Notes: generated from the sequence alone by a model not told the origin. A stretch of 64,000 nt of DNA from Flectonema sp. DT1601 (GCA_964019425.1 OZ025786.1:1488001-1552000); one strand, 5' to 3'; positions 51,495 through 63,657 are shown, numbered from the stretch's first letter. A program made the numbers and translations.

Positions 51495-52424
51495 ATGGAT
51501 TTGATTTCTGATATGGCCCCTCCCAAGAAGTGCATTTCTTTTAGAAACATAAAGTCAGCTAGAGACTATAGAGAAGATGATATAACAGCAGACCTACAGC
51601 GCACCATACGAGACATTGATCGAGGACTTCAAACCTACGATGAGGAGTTGGGTAATTTAGCTAGAATCGACTTGTTAAAGATGAAAGCAGAAAATGAACT
51701 TCGACAGAAAAAACGAGACTTTGAAGAAGCTGCCAGAGAAGCATCTGAAGAGAAGAGATGTCGGGAAGAAGGAAAGCGGATGCTCGCACAAGAACGTGCG
51801 CTTCTACAAGAAAGACGCGAAGCTGAAGAAACAGAACAAACAAAACTAAAAGTAGTGGACCTCGTTAAGCAAATAAGCGATCGAGAAGCTGACTACCAAA
51901 AACAATGCGAACGACATGAGTACGACTACCTTCTACAAGATGGAATAGAACGAGGAAAGGGTCGCACAGCTAATCACATAGACAGATCTCGTTGCGGAGG
52001 TGCAGTTGAATTAGCAGAACGACACCAGGGAAATGTTCGTCAGCTGCACTACGAAGAACAAAAACGAAACAACAGATCAAAACAATTTATCAAACAACTC
52101 GAAGGATCTGAAGAAGAACGCAATCTTTTATTTACTCAACATGACTTCTCAACGGCAATCACAAACAGAATATCTGAATGTGAAACACGTGAAAAAGATC
52201 TCCTCCTCGGTTGGTCAAAACTTGAGCAAGTCCGACGCTATGAACTCTCCAAGCTTGCTGAAGAGAAAGAAAAAGTTTCAAATTCATTAGAGAAAATTGT
52301 ACGACAAAAGAAAGCATTCGCTGTACTCGTCCCATCTCTCATAAGACAATGTTCTAAACACGGCATTGACTTATTATGTTTTGATCCATGGCTTGAGTTC
52401 GCTGAATCAATGACCACACTCTAA
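51495..52424 (+). CDS. Hypothetical coiled-coil protein (start uncertain; ORF opens at 51429)
   Basis: E/K/R-rich heptads; AG at 51486-87 precedes ATG 51495. Confidence 0.75.
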   Translation: MDLISDMAPPKKCISFRNIKSARDYREDDITADLQRTIRDIDRGLQTYDEELGNLARIDLLKMKAENELRQKKRDFEEAAREASEEKRCREEGKRMLAQERALLQERREAEETEQTKLKVVDLVKQISDREADYQKQCERHEYDYLLQDGIERGKGRTANHIDRSRCGGAVELAERHQGNVRQLHYEEQKRNNRSKQFIKQLEGSEEERNLLFTQHDFSTAITNRISECETREKDLLLGWSKLEQVRRYELSKLAEEKEKVSNSLEKIVRQKKAFAVLVPSLIRQCSKHGIDLLCFDPWLEFAESMTTL

Positions 52425-52676
52425 CTCCTTAATTAGATATGCTGAGAAGCACCCATTTACACATAAAATATTGTTGTAATTTATCTTATTAATCCTATAG
52501 TTACTGTATTTCTGTTCAGCAGTCCACAATGGAGGAAGGGTATGGCAATATGGATGTGATTGAAGATGGTAGTGTTGCCATTGAGTTCCCATTTACACTA
52601 AAAATCGTTATTTCAGTTTAAAACATTTGTTGTAATTTATTTTATGTGATTCAGTCATTCTCTCCAACAGTCCACA

Positions 52677-55410
52677 ATGGAGGATATAGCATGTGGGTAT
52701 GGCAATATGGATATGATTGAAGACGGTAGTGCTAAGACTGTTTTGGTATCAGCAACTGAATGGTGTCCACCATGGACAAGAAAAGAAGACAATCGACTAC
52801 GAGAATTAGAATCTCAGAGAGATGATGGAAATCAATTACCTCAAAGTGATGAGGCAGAGCTTAATGATTTATCAAGCAGGTTTCAAAGATTTATAAATCA
52901 CGGTTTAAAATCCATGGTTAAACTTCCAGGACAAGCTGTACAAGATACATCTCAAATGCTACTTGTCCAACGACGTCTTAACTGGGACCTAATGGTTCAT
53001 CTCATAACTGGAAAACAATACGTTGGACTAAACGCATGTACTTCAGCAATCACTATTTTAGAACTGTTTCGCAATGAGATCCAAATATGTCAATCTGGTT
53101 CAGATCTCGAATCAGAACTTCATGCGCGTGTTGGAGTTCGTAGACTTGGCGGATTAAAAAAAGCACTCCGAGCCTGTAATTACATCTTAGAAGATATTTC
53201 TGATATCACTTTTAATAAAATAGAAACAAAACTTCCTCATTTATCGGCAACGGTATCCTCGAGATGGGCAATTCCATTTCCGGAAGAGCTAACGACTGAT
53301 CAGCCGTTTTTAAGACCAAAACCACTGACTTGTCAAATGATGCATACGAGAGGTACATTCTTATACTATGAAAAACCAGGTGAGTATAAAGTCTGTGGTC
53401 TACCGACTTGGAAGAGTGCTGTTGACATACTGGTTGTACTACCTGAACATGGATCTGGTAGGCAAACAATCGATATTGTCGAAATGCTTGCTGCTGGAGA
53501 GTACGTTGAACTAACTGAGAACTTACGAAGGTCAGAAGGAGATGTGTATTTACCAAAATTCGAAACGACCACACCCACAATGAAATTAGCACCTCTACTA
53601 GAAGCGTGTGGATGTCCGAGTGTTATTGGAAATTATAACAACGATGACTTGTGTTTTAGTATTGATATAAAGATTGATGAAAATGGGCTCAACAGCGATA
53701 CTCCCAACGAATGCTTCTTCTCTGAAGATACTTTACCGTTGGCTGTCATAGGAGGTAAGCGGTTTAAGCTTCGTCTTAACAAACCGTTTTTACTCATCAC
53801 CCGACATAAAGCGACCAACGCAATAGTGCAATGCGCAGTAATTGATAACCCAACACCTGTTAAGGATAACATTAATAAAAATAAATCGACATCTGCGTCT
53901 GAAAATGCCGCTGATTTGCTGTTCTCTGATCCCATTCAATCAGACGGCACAAACCCAGCAGTTGAAAAATTAGAAAACTTCAACAGTATAATGTCAAAGA
54001 GAGCCTCTGTTCATTCGGTTTTTGACATTGCCGGTAAAACAAAAGATGTGAAGGACGTACTCGCAGGCTTCCTAGAAGTGAATGAATATTCAGCTGACCC
54101 CGTAATAGCTCGAAGACGAGGAAAGAAAACACAAAAAGATGATACCATCAATAAGAGTACCATTTCTAGCGGCAGTTCGTCCGATTACGAGGATAGTGAA
54201 CCTGAAGGAGAAAGTTTAACAGAAAAGACTAAAACGTCAAGCGCGTTTAATTTGATCGATTCGTGTGAAGTAACCAAATCAAAAAAGAGTGCATTTTCAC
54301 TTCAAGATGCCAGTTCGTCATTCGAACTGAAGACGACAGGAAAGAGTGCATTTTCATTAGAAGATTGTTCAAATGAATTAGAGCGAAGGCCTTCTTTTGA
54401 TCTGAAGGCAACACCGCAATCAAAGAGTAAGGAACCGCGACAGAGAATATCTACTGCATTCGATATTAGTACTTCTAGTCAAGAGTTGAATATAAATAAA
54501 GGAAGTTCTGAACCAAGACAACGAGTGTCGAGTGTGTTCGATACTCCTGTCACACCTGATCCAACTTGTAAGAGTGACTCAGAACCCAGACAACGAATAT
54601 CGAGTGCATTTAATTTAAGTGATGCGAATACCGTTCCGGTGGCGGAAAGTAGTCGGCGGCAGTCATCTCATCCTCCTGTCACACCTGATCCAACTTGTAA
54701 GAGTGATTCAGAACCCAGACAACGAATATCGAGTGCATTTAATTTAACGGATGCGAATTCCGATCCGGTGGCGGAAAGTGGTCAGCGCCCTCCTGTCACA
54801 TCTGAGCCAACTACCGACTCCAGTAAGAGATCGAGTGCATTTAACTTACCAGAGAACGATTCTGAATTGAGTTCTAAGAAAGCAATTCCTACGGAAGTCA
54901 ATGGAGAAGCCTCTTTGTTTTCATTTGTAAACAATAGCAGTGTCACACCTCAGAACAACATGAGACCTAACCAATCAGCTAGTAGTCCTCCTCCTGCACC
55001 ATCACCAAACGTTGCTGATTTAGATGCGGTATGGGTGTTATTTATTTTTAAGAAGTGGGAGTGCTGTCTTTCGTGTTCTTGTTTGTTTTTATTTTAATAT
55101 TGTTAGCAACACACCTTCATTACAGATATTCTCGTCTCCTGAATTTGTAAAAGAACAAGTAATTCCTGAGAAGGAAGTAGAAGTTGAATCGGAAACGAAA
55201 CAAACAACGAGCATCATGAGCCTGTTTGATTCTCCACCACCTACTTTAGAAGTAAATCTGACAAGACAGCGAGAGTTACAGCGACAACTTGAAGAACTCA
55301 AACAGCAAGAGACTATCATGCAAGTTGCTTCTGTTCAACAGAAGCAACAAAATTCAAATCAACACACCGAAGCTTTCAGTGGACTTTGGACTGCTGCATC
55401 AAACCAATAA
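52677..55410 (+). CDS. Divergent serpin-like domain with a long Ser-rich repetitive tail; exons 52677-55028, 55126-55410
   Basis: Serpin C-half motifs CQMMH, LP, VVLPE, VYLPKF, IDENG, LNKPFLLI; phase-0 intron 55029-55125. Confidence 0.7.
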
Positions 55411-55862
55411 ATTCACTGGGAAGGAGGTCCAAGATTTCACTAAAAATGAGCGTTTTTTATTTGATTTCTGTAGTATATCTTATGTTTTTTTTTTTTTTTA
55501 TTTGCCTTTTAAATTTTCCTTCTTCTAGCTTTTTTTTTAATAATATGATGTGTTGGTATTTTTATATGTGTGTTATTTACTTGTATGTTTTTTGTGATTT
55601 GTGTTAAAGAGCATGTTTTGGGAGGAATTCTTCTCCTTCTGAAAAACATGGGAAAAAAAAATAAAAAAATAGAAACTTATTTCAGTTTTCGACAAGCGCG
55701 TCCGAAACTTCGGATTTTTTCCCCCTTTTTATTGGATTCCACGACGTCGCTTTGATTGTTGAGCAATTTACTACGAACTAGTTTTTTATAAGAACTGTTT
55801 TTTTTTTCTTTTTAAACTTCGTTTAAGTGTAAGTTGTAACGGACTACAGGGCATGAGAACCC

Positions 55863-56058
55863 GAATTACCAGATTCGAACAACGTCTTCTGGTCAATAAG
55901 ACAAGAAAAAAAAGAAATATAATTTTTCCCTTTTTATGTTTTCTTTGATTAACAACAACGAATGTTTTTTTCAGTCGGGTACTTTGATATTAATTTTTTT
56001 TGTTTTTTTTTAAATTACCTATTAGTCGTTTCTGTTTTTACAATTGTCAAAGTTTTCA
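55863..56058 (+). repeat. Dispersed repeat C, copy 2
   Basis: Matches 36685-36890. Confidence 0.85.
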
Positions 56059-56393
56059 TCCCTTATTTATTTTATTGGATTCTACGACTTTGCTTTGATT
56101 GTGCAAACACTATTCTCGTAAAAAATTGGGTGTTTTTTTTTAATTTTTTTTTTTTCAAATTCTTGTGTCTTCTCTCATTAAAATCTCCCCTTTTTTCAAA
56201 TCTATCTATACTATATATTTTCCTACCATCCGAAAAGGGGACACACTACAAATCCCTTTGATCTGGTCTCTTTGCGCACTGTAAAAAAAGAATTTAGTTA
56301 AGTTGTTTTAGCAGCCATTGTCCTTGGCTTGTGTTCACAGGTAGGTCTGTGCAACAAAACTATCTGCACCATTGATGTGTACTTTTCTGTTTG

Positions 56394-56430
<37 letters not shown>

Positions 56431-56673
56431 TTGATTTGCCCAATGTTTTTTATTTGTTGTGTTAGAATTTCCGTTAATTTCGGTGAAAATTCGAGTTTGA
56501 GAGAAAGGGGAAAAAAAAAAAAACCAAAACCAAAACAAACGAATGAACCAAAAAAAAAAAAAAAAAAATGGAACTATAAAACTACCATCACGTACTTAAG
56601 ATACTTGTGAGTTTATTTCCTTTCACAAACTGATAATTATAATTCTGATTAATGGTTTTTTTCACAACAGCCA

Positions 56674-57477
56674 ATGCCTCCCTTAGATGATTGCCTGTCA
56701 GGAGCAAGAACAAATCGAATATTAGTAATGGGCGACAGTGGTGTTGGGAAGAGTGAGTTGCTAGCAGCAGTATGTGATGGTGACGGAGTAGGAAGTGGTT
56801 GTCAAGCATGGGTTAAGGTGAATAAAGGACTTCACGGAGGGAAAGAAGTATTTGAGTTCATAGAGCTACACGGGGATACAAAATATCATAAAAGTATTCG
56901 ATGGCCGATATTCAGAACAGCCGATGGAATCATTCTGGTCTACGACCTCACTGATGACTATTCTCTATTCTCATTAAAACAATGGCATAGCAGTTATAGG
57001 GAATACGAAGCGGAGTATGGTAGTGTATCAAAATTTTCATCACCCACTCACACGACGTCATCTTCTCACCATCTCAGGTTCGATCCCCACAGTGAGCTGC
57101 ATTCACGTGGAAGTTTCAGAAATAATGATACCGACCATAACAGTAATAGTAATAATTATTCTTCAATACCAATATTGGTTGTTGGAACTCGTAAAGACAA
57201 AGTCAAGTACGTCTCTTCCGCTCCCAGTCGGTGGCGGACGCTATCTCGCACGCTACTACACTTTCAGAAATTAATGGCCTCGATTCTTCAACAGATCTTG
57301 TTTTTACCAATGCCTTCGTTCTTATTGCAAGATGGTACTGCGAGTGTGTTGGAACACTTTCGATCAATTCAAAATATATCATTTATGGAGTGGTCAAGCG
57401 TGCATCCTGAGGAAACCATATCAGAGTTAAAAGACTTTCTTAATGGAGTCTCTGATACTGCTCATGTTGGTGTATAG
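56674..57477 (+). CDS. RABL3: Rab-like small GTPase, RABL3-like
   Basis: RILVMGDSGVGKS P-loop, GIILVYDLT, PILVVGTRKD. Confidence 0.7.
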   Translation: MPPLDDCLSGARTNRILVMGDSGVGKSELLAAVCDGDGVGSGCQAWVKVNKGLHGGKEVFEFIELHGDTKYHKSIRWPIFRTADGIILVYDLTDDYSLFSLKQWHSSYREYEAEYGSVSKFSSPTHTTSSSHHLRFDPHSELHSRGSFRNNDTDHNSNSNNYSSIPILVVGTRKDKVKYVSSAPSRWRTLSRTLLHFQKLMASILQQILFLPMPSFLLQDGTASVLEHFRSIQNISFMEWSSVHPEETISELKDFLNGVSDTAHVGV

Positions 57478-57895
57478 GTCAGAATGTGATGAGATAAAAA
57501 ACTATCTTCCTTTTGTTTTTTTTCCTAACCTTCAAATCTGGTGAATTCATTTTTCAAAGTAACGGAGACGGTATTGTCTTGTATCGCCAATTTTTTAGTA
57601 GCGAATTTTTTTTAATTAAAAAAAAAAATTTTTCTAAAAAAAAAAAAAAAAAAAGGAAGTAAAATAACATTTACAGCGATAATCGAATCATTCTGTTTTT
57701 TGAGAAATATTCGTTTTTTTTTAGCTAACTATTTTTAATTTTGTGTGTTTTTTTTTTTTTTTTTTTTTTTTCACAAAAAAAAATAAATAAAAAATTCAGA
57801 TTCGATTCCAGTGAATTGAAGTTACGTTTGTTTCTTCATTTTTAAATATTTATATCATCATTTCCCTTTTTTTTAAAGACTTTTTTCGGCCTATC

Positions 57896-60199
57896 ATGGC
57901 CGATAAATTACAGTCAATGGTAGGACCGTGTCCGGTTGACAAGGAGCTTCGCAATGATCTTACTGCAGGAGCTTTGTTAGTCAGAATAGCTGAGAGAGTG
58001 ACATCGAAGAACAAAGTGAAACCTGTATTGGTTGTTGTGAGCAAATCTCACATAACCGTATTACCGAAAGGAGGAGGAGATCCAAGAGTAATCCCTCTGG
58101 AGTACGTAACAGAAGTCATGGTCAGTCAAAAGAAGGTTCCTCAAATGCTATTTCGAGTTGCAAATTCTGAGATTGCTGACCTAATAATTAACTTTACAAG
58201 GGAAAAGAGAAATCTCGAGCCGAGTGCTAGCGTTGGTAATTTCTTTCATGTTTTTCAAAGACTAATGCTTATACAATATAACAGACAGATAGAACCAAAA
58301 GCTGTGGAAGGAAGTTTATACCAAAGAAGTAATATTGAGAGATTGGGATCTACTAGTTCAAAGCTAAACTTTAAGCAGGCAATTCAACAACAAAAACATT
58401 CACAGCCTCCTCCACCACCACCGCCACCACCACCGAGTAATCCTCCGCAGCAGCAGCAACAACAACAGCAGCAGCAGCAAGGAAGGCCTGATTTCTCAAA
58501 TGTTGGTCCACCCAAACCTGCTGCGCCTCCATCATCTGTCTCAAGTTCTTTTAGTAGTAACAAAGTAGCTGCGAAACCAACTTTTGGTGAAGTTCACAGA
58601 GCTGATTCCGTATCATCCGCAGCCAGTTCTCGCATCAGCCCTGCGGAAAAAGCTAAAATGTCCCTCTCTCAAGGCTACTCCAATGGTGCAGCAAGTCGCA
58701 GTTCTAGTCAAGAAACAAATAAATTTTCAAAACAAGGAACGTGGGTTAATATTTATCACAAAGCTTCTCAATTATCTGTTGTAGTTGCCGGAGGTAATCG
58801 AATAGGATTGGGATCACCTGCGGTGTGTTTTTATGCGACGAAGGGAGAGTTGCAAAACGGGTTTACATTACAAGATGAACTTGGAAGATATTGGACACCA
58901 ACAGCAGATGGAAAACACATCACGTTATCTGAAAAGGAACGAAAAGATGTTGTTTGGTTGCATGATGATCACGGAATTTTATGGGAAACTTCTGTTCGTT
59001 CTGCTGCTCATCTCCCAGAGTCACCTGGTCCTGGTGCTATCTTCTCTATGAAATCACAACGGATAACTGAACATGAGAATGTAGCTGTTGAATTCACTCC
59101 TTGTGAACCCCCAAGACATATTGTTCAGAAGAATATTAACAAAAAACAAGTTGCGTACAACAACGAAGCTAAACTCGCAACGGACACACTCGCAGCTAAT
59201 AGAAATCATTTGGATTTGTTATCAGAACAGCAGTTGAAGTTTTTAAACATCCACAACAATCAATTAGCTGGACAGACCGAACTCTTAAACAGCGCAAAAC
59301 AGCTACAGGAATTACAACGTCAACAAGATGAATTTAGAAGAAAGCAACAAGAAATGCTTCGTTTACAACAACAAGAAAATAATCGAATGCTTAACGAGAC
59401 TATTCAGGGACTTCAGCAATTAGAAGTAGCACAGCAACAACGACACAATGAGTTATCAGTTGAGCGTGATCGACTGATAGCTGAGAAGGATGATATGGTA
59501 ATAATAAAAGACTCGACTTTTATAAGCGAAAATGAGGAAATTAAAGACACCAGATCTCAAGCAACACCCGACCCAAGCATTCCTCACACTCATTCAGAAG
59601 GCACACTCAGCAACAACAGTCTGGTGTCACCTTCAGGGCAAGCTGCTAAGGTTACTGATAAGGAAGCTGATAAGGTTACTGATAAGGTTGCTTCTTTTCG
59701 AAATGGATATTCTAGTTTTTTAAAAAAACATGATCCAAGTCGGGCAAAGGAGGCCACTGAACTCGCTAAAAAAGCCGTCGGCAGGGAAGAATTAGCTTAC
59801 CGAGAACTTTTATCCCGTTATAGAAACTGTCCCGTGAGGGATGCAGATTTCTTAAGAGAAGATCAAATATCAAGTATCAAGAATGAAGTCAGAGAGCTAA
59901 GAGCACTGTTGGAAGAAGGAGGGCCTCCAGCTAAGAGATCAGTTCGTAAGGGATTCATTGACAGTAGGTATCTGATTGAACTTCCCGTTGGTAGATCTGT
60001 TAGGCCCAGTGTGGGTAATCAATCAAACCAGCATCATCAAAGTAGTCAGAATAATCAAAATCTACTGTCGCCTCTCGCTCCTAATGGTGGTGGACAATAC
60101 ACGTCTTTCCCACAGTCATCGTGGACCCGTCAGCCTCACAGAAATTACTACAACAGCGATCCTCACATTTCTACCGACTATCGGTACAGTGACAGGTGA
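57896..60199 (+). CDS. Hypothetical protein: possible N-terminal PH-like domain, polyP/polyQ, beta-rich middle domain, coiled coil
   Basis: 767-aa ORF; domain guesses come from sequence pattern only. Confidence 0.8.
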   Translation: MADKLQSMVGPCPVDKELRNDLTAGALLVRIAERVTSKNKVKPVLVVVSKSHITVLPKGGGDPRVIPLEYVTEVMVSQKKVPQMLFRVANSEIADLIINFTREKRNLEPSASVGNFFHVFQRLMLIQYNRQIEPKAVEGSLYQRSNIERLGSTSSKLNFKQAIQQQKHSQPPPPPPPPPPSNPPQQQQQQQQQQQGRPDFSNVGPPKPAAPPSSVSSSFSSNKVAAKPTFGEVHRADSVSSAASSRISPAEKAKMSLSQGYSNGAASRSSSQETNKFSKQGTWVNIYHKASQLSVVVAGGNRIGLGSPAVCFYATKGELQNGFTLQDELGRYWTPTADGKHITLSEKERKDVVWLHDDHGILWETSVRSAAHLPESPGPGAIFSMKSQRITEHENVAVEFTPCEPPRHIVQKNINKKQVAYNNEAKLATDTLAANRNHLDLLSEQQLKFLNIHNNQLAGQTELLNSAKQLQELQRQQDEFRRKQQEMLRLQQQENNRMLNETIQGLQQLEVAQQQRHNELSVERDRLIAEKDDMVIIKDSTFISENEEIKDTRSQATPDPSIPHTHSEGTLSNNSLVSPSGQAAKVTDKEADKVTDKVASFRNGYSSFLKKHDPSRAKEATELAKKAVGREELAYRELLSRYRNCPVRDADFLREDQISSIKNEVRELRALLEEGGPPAKRSVRKGFIDSRYLIELPVGRSVRPSVGNQSNQHHQSSQNNQNLLSPLAPNGGGQYTSFPQSSWTRQPHRNYYNSDPHISTDYRYSDR

Positions 60200-60252
60200 T
60201 AATCTTTTTTTGTATTTAATAAGTATTTCGATTGTTAAAAAACAATGTTGAC

Positions 60253-60358
60253 AAGCACACCGAACCTTTCCTTTGCTTTATCAGTTTAAGTCGGTTCACG
60301 GTTTTCGTGACACAAGCAAAACCGCCAACAAGTGTTATGTATTACTGTTTTAAGTTAA
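60253..60358 (+). repeat. Dispersed repeat D, copy interrupted by piggyBac
   Basis: Matches 35183-35303 up to the TTAA target. Confidence 0.85.
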
Positions 60359-62075
60359 CCCTCTAATAAGAGGCCAAAAACCCTGTTTTTGAGAAAAATC
60401 GAAAAATTTGACAAAGGGGAAAAGGGGTGTGGGGAAAAATACAAAAAAATTACAGGGTGAAAGACACCCCCCCGCGCATTGAAAAAAAACTGAGGTCAGC
60501 CCGCAAGGGGGCCAAAATAACTTGAGAAAATGCAACAACAGCCTAAAAAAACACTGTTGCTTAGGACCCCTGGGTTCGCTTTGATTTTAGCAATGTTGTA
60601 GGAGTAGAGTGCTTCCGTTTCATGTTTTTCGGTGGGATATGATTGTGTGTAGCAAAGGTATGGTTGTTGCAAACAGGGGCTGAATACTTGTCAATATTTT
60701 CGTGATATTGTTCGAAGCAGGGATCCGTGCATAAGAAAACCTCGCTTTTTGAACAAGAAGTCGATGACCTTACTTTTTTTGAGAACAAATCCGTGAACTG
60801 CAGTCCCCAAAAATATCAAATTTTCGTAGGTAGTGACATTTTGTGTGAGTTTGGTGTGTTCCATGATCAATAAGTTGAGAACATGGCCTTTTTTTGAACT
60901 GAGCATATGTCCCGACGTCTTTTTCAGACTTCTTTTGGAGGGTGAAAACATTGAAGATAGAAATCTCTGACAAGTAGTGAAAGACTTTCAGGGTCCAGCG
61001 TTTTGTCATCAGAGTTCTTCTTGCCTTCCCCCTGATACCGTCTACGAGGTCAACACCACCCATCAGTTTGTTGTACTGATGGATCTGTACCGGTAAGTCG
61101 ATGGTCACTTTTTGATAGATTTCCTTATTTTAGTCCATCACGTGGCTGTCTCATAATTCTCCTCGAGAGGCAATGTGCTGAAGACATGTACTTCTTTTGG
61201 ATTGCCCCTGAATTTATGTGATGCACATTGTGCTAGGACTGAAAGTACGAGGCAGAGAACTTCTCCACCCGTCCCTGCGCCTCCGCCTTATTGATCTCGG
61301 ACCATTTGGGAACTATTGTTTCCCAAAAGCTGCGGATTTTGTAGAGCTTGTCAGTAGGTACGGGGTTGGTGACAGTGTAAAACTTTAGATTGGTTCGAAT
61401 TTAGAGGAACCGATCTCAGGAAGCGAAGTGGGGTGTGTACGCTGGGTCTGATGTACCGTTCCTGTAATCTGAGATATTTGGCTTATCACAGAGACCCACG
61501 AGGATATTGAGTCCTAAAGAGAGTTTGAGTTCAGCTACGTTAAGATTGAGTGCCTAGTTGTTGCTGCAGTGCGAAATCATCTCATCACCTTTGGGGTGAA
61601 CACAAGTTCAAATTTCTGCAGTTCCTTCATCAATTTCAGGTCTGACATGTCCTGCAAGGACCGCCGAAACGTGTGTCGCTTTACCTTGGTGATTTTCTTG
61701 CTCCATTTCAGAGGGGAAATGCTTGGCTCTATTGTACTCTTTTCATCGCTCGAAGAAGACTCAGGAGCACCCAAATCTGGGATAGGTGACCCTACTGAAT
61801 CATTTTCGATGGAAATAGTTTTAGGGATTTTAATTTTTGGCTGAAAACATGGGATAGTCATGGGCAACCTGGCTAAGACTGTTCCCAGTGCAGAAAAAAA
61901 AAAATGAACTTTTTCTCAGAAAAAGCTGGTGATTTTTGCAGCACGATCCCACATAAAATTTGTCGTTTTTTGGCAGCTCTGGCTCCACCCTTGTACTCAC
62001 AAGGTACATTTTTCCCCTTTGTCAAAAAAAAAAAAACGCGAAAGGCCACTATAGTGGCCTTCAGGGCTTAAAGGG
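60359..62075 (-). mobile_element. Decayed piggyBac DNA transposon
   Basis: TTAA TSDs at 60355-58 and 62076-79; ends CCCTCTAA/TTAAAGGG; 17-bp subterminal inverted repeat 60407-423/62010-026; transposase fragments YNKLMGGVDLVD..KRWTLKVFHY and Cys-rich VFLC..CFEQYH in different frames. Confidence 0.92.
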
Positions 62076-62356
62076 TTAAAGCCAATTATTTTTACTTTTT
62101 TTAATTTTTTTTTTTTTTTAAATTTTCGGTTACTTAATTATGTATTCGGAGACGAGAAAAAAAAAAAAAAAAAAAAAAGAAAAACAATAGCCACTACGAT
62201 GAAGGTATCCTGTCTGTTCGGTGTTCTGCTATTTATTGTCCATTTAGTTGTCTTTGGTATTACGTTCTATTAGTTTGTATTTCTTTTTCCCTTTTCCCTT
62301 TTCCCTTTCCCTTTCCCTTTTTTTTTTTTTTTTTTTTTTTTTGCACCGGCAAAAGT

Positions 62357-62443
62357 TCGGAGAAGAAACTATTCAGATTAAGAGCCGTTTTATTATTATT
62401 TTTTAATCTTTTCTTTTTCCCTGTGCGCCAGTATTACTGTCTG
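62357..62443 (+). repeat. Dispersed repeat E, copy 2
   Basis: Matches 40904-40993. Confidence 0.85.
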
Positions 62444-62853
62444 AGCGGGTTCAAACAAAGTGAAGGTACTCAGAGGGCGTAAACTTAGTTTGTTTGGCAG
62501 CAGCGTGCGGGTTATGTTACTTTTTTTTTTTTTTTTTTTGTATTTTTGTGAGTCTAATGTCATTTAATATGTGTCGTATACAATTTTTATTTTTATAGTA
62601 TTTTTCTTTTTTTGTTTATTCTCTCCCTTTGACGAAAATTGGCGTTATCAACCGTATCTTACACTGTCTGCTCGCGCGGGCGGTGGGTTTAGGTAGTCAT
62701 TTATTCCGGGTTATTCTACGTCTCTTATCGTATTACCCTGTTAGCTTTTCCTGGCTTTTGGCTTCCTAAACTTCGTAAATAAATAAACTCTATCATCTTA
62801 ATTACTGTTCTTTTGCAAATTTAACTAACTAAAAACAACTTGAAATACGACCA

Positions 62854-63033
62854 AAAATTGATAAATTCGATTTATTAATAAACTGGAATGAAGTCCTAAG
62901 AGGGACGAGTAGTATAAGATTAAGGTTCCTTGAAACTATGTATTCCACAAGTGTTTTTATGGAACAGCAGAACAATGTATTTTTATAATTTATTTTCCTC
63001 TTTTTTTTTAATAATAAACTCATATTCTAACTA
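62854..63033 (+). repeat. Dispersed repeat A copy lacking the CUGAUGA segment
   Basis: Aligns with 10593-10822 apart from a 23-nt deletion between two ATGAAGTCC repeats. Confidence 0.85.
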
Positions 63034-63657
63034 AATTAAAACGATATAGTCATAAGACACTTGTTGGTATCTATGGGTATCAATTATTCGATAAGGTGGA
63101 GTATTTTACTCTCACCAAGGTCTTAACTGTTTCTGTTAGGGAATGCTTTTTTTTTTTTTTTTTTTTTGGGGGGGGGTAAAGTCAACCCAAAAAATTTGGA
63201 AAAACGTATACTACAGTCACGGCCTTGTGGAGCTTCCACTAGAACCGTTGGCCCCCCTATTTCGGGCGAATTTTCTTTTCAAAATCAGTAATAGTGCAGT
63301 GGCTGGTACTATCTCTCTCGGGGGAGATTTTAGTTCCTCGAAATTCTTTTTTTTTCAGGTATCTGTTCAACTCGCTGTTACTCATTTTTTTTTAAGCTTG
63401 GAATTTTTTTTTTCTTTTCCGCTGTTCACTAGAAGTTGTAACATTTTTTTTCCCCCCAACTAACTCTGTCGTTTATTATTATTATTACTGTAATTATAAA
63501 TATCACGGTGTATAAAAAATTTGGAGTATAACAACTTTGGATATAAAAAAGATGGTGGATTCTCGGAAAAAAAACTTGGTGGATTTTTATAAAAAAGTAT
63601 GAAAGTACACATTTTGACTGTAAAATGGTAGTTTTTGGGGATGAAATTTTTCACACT

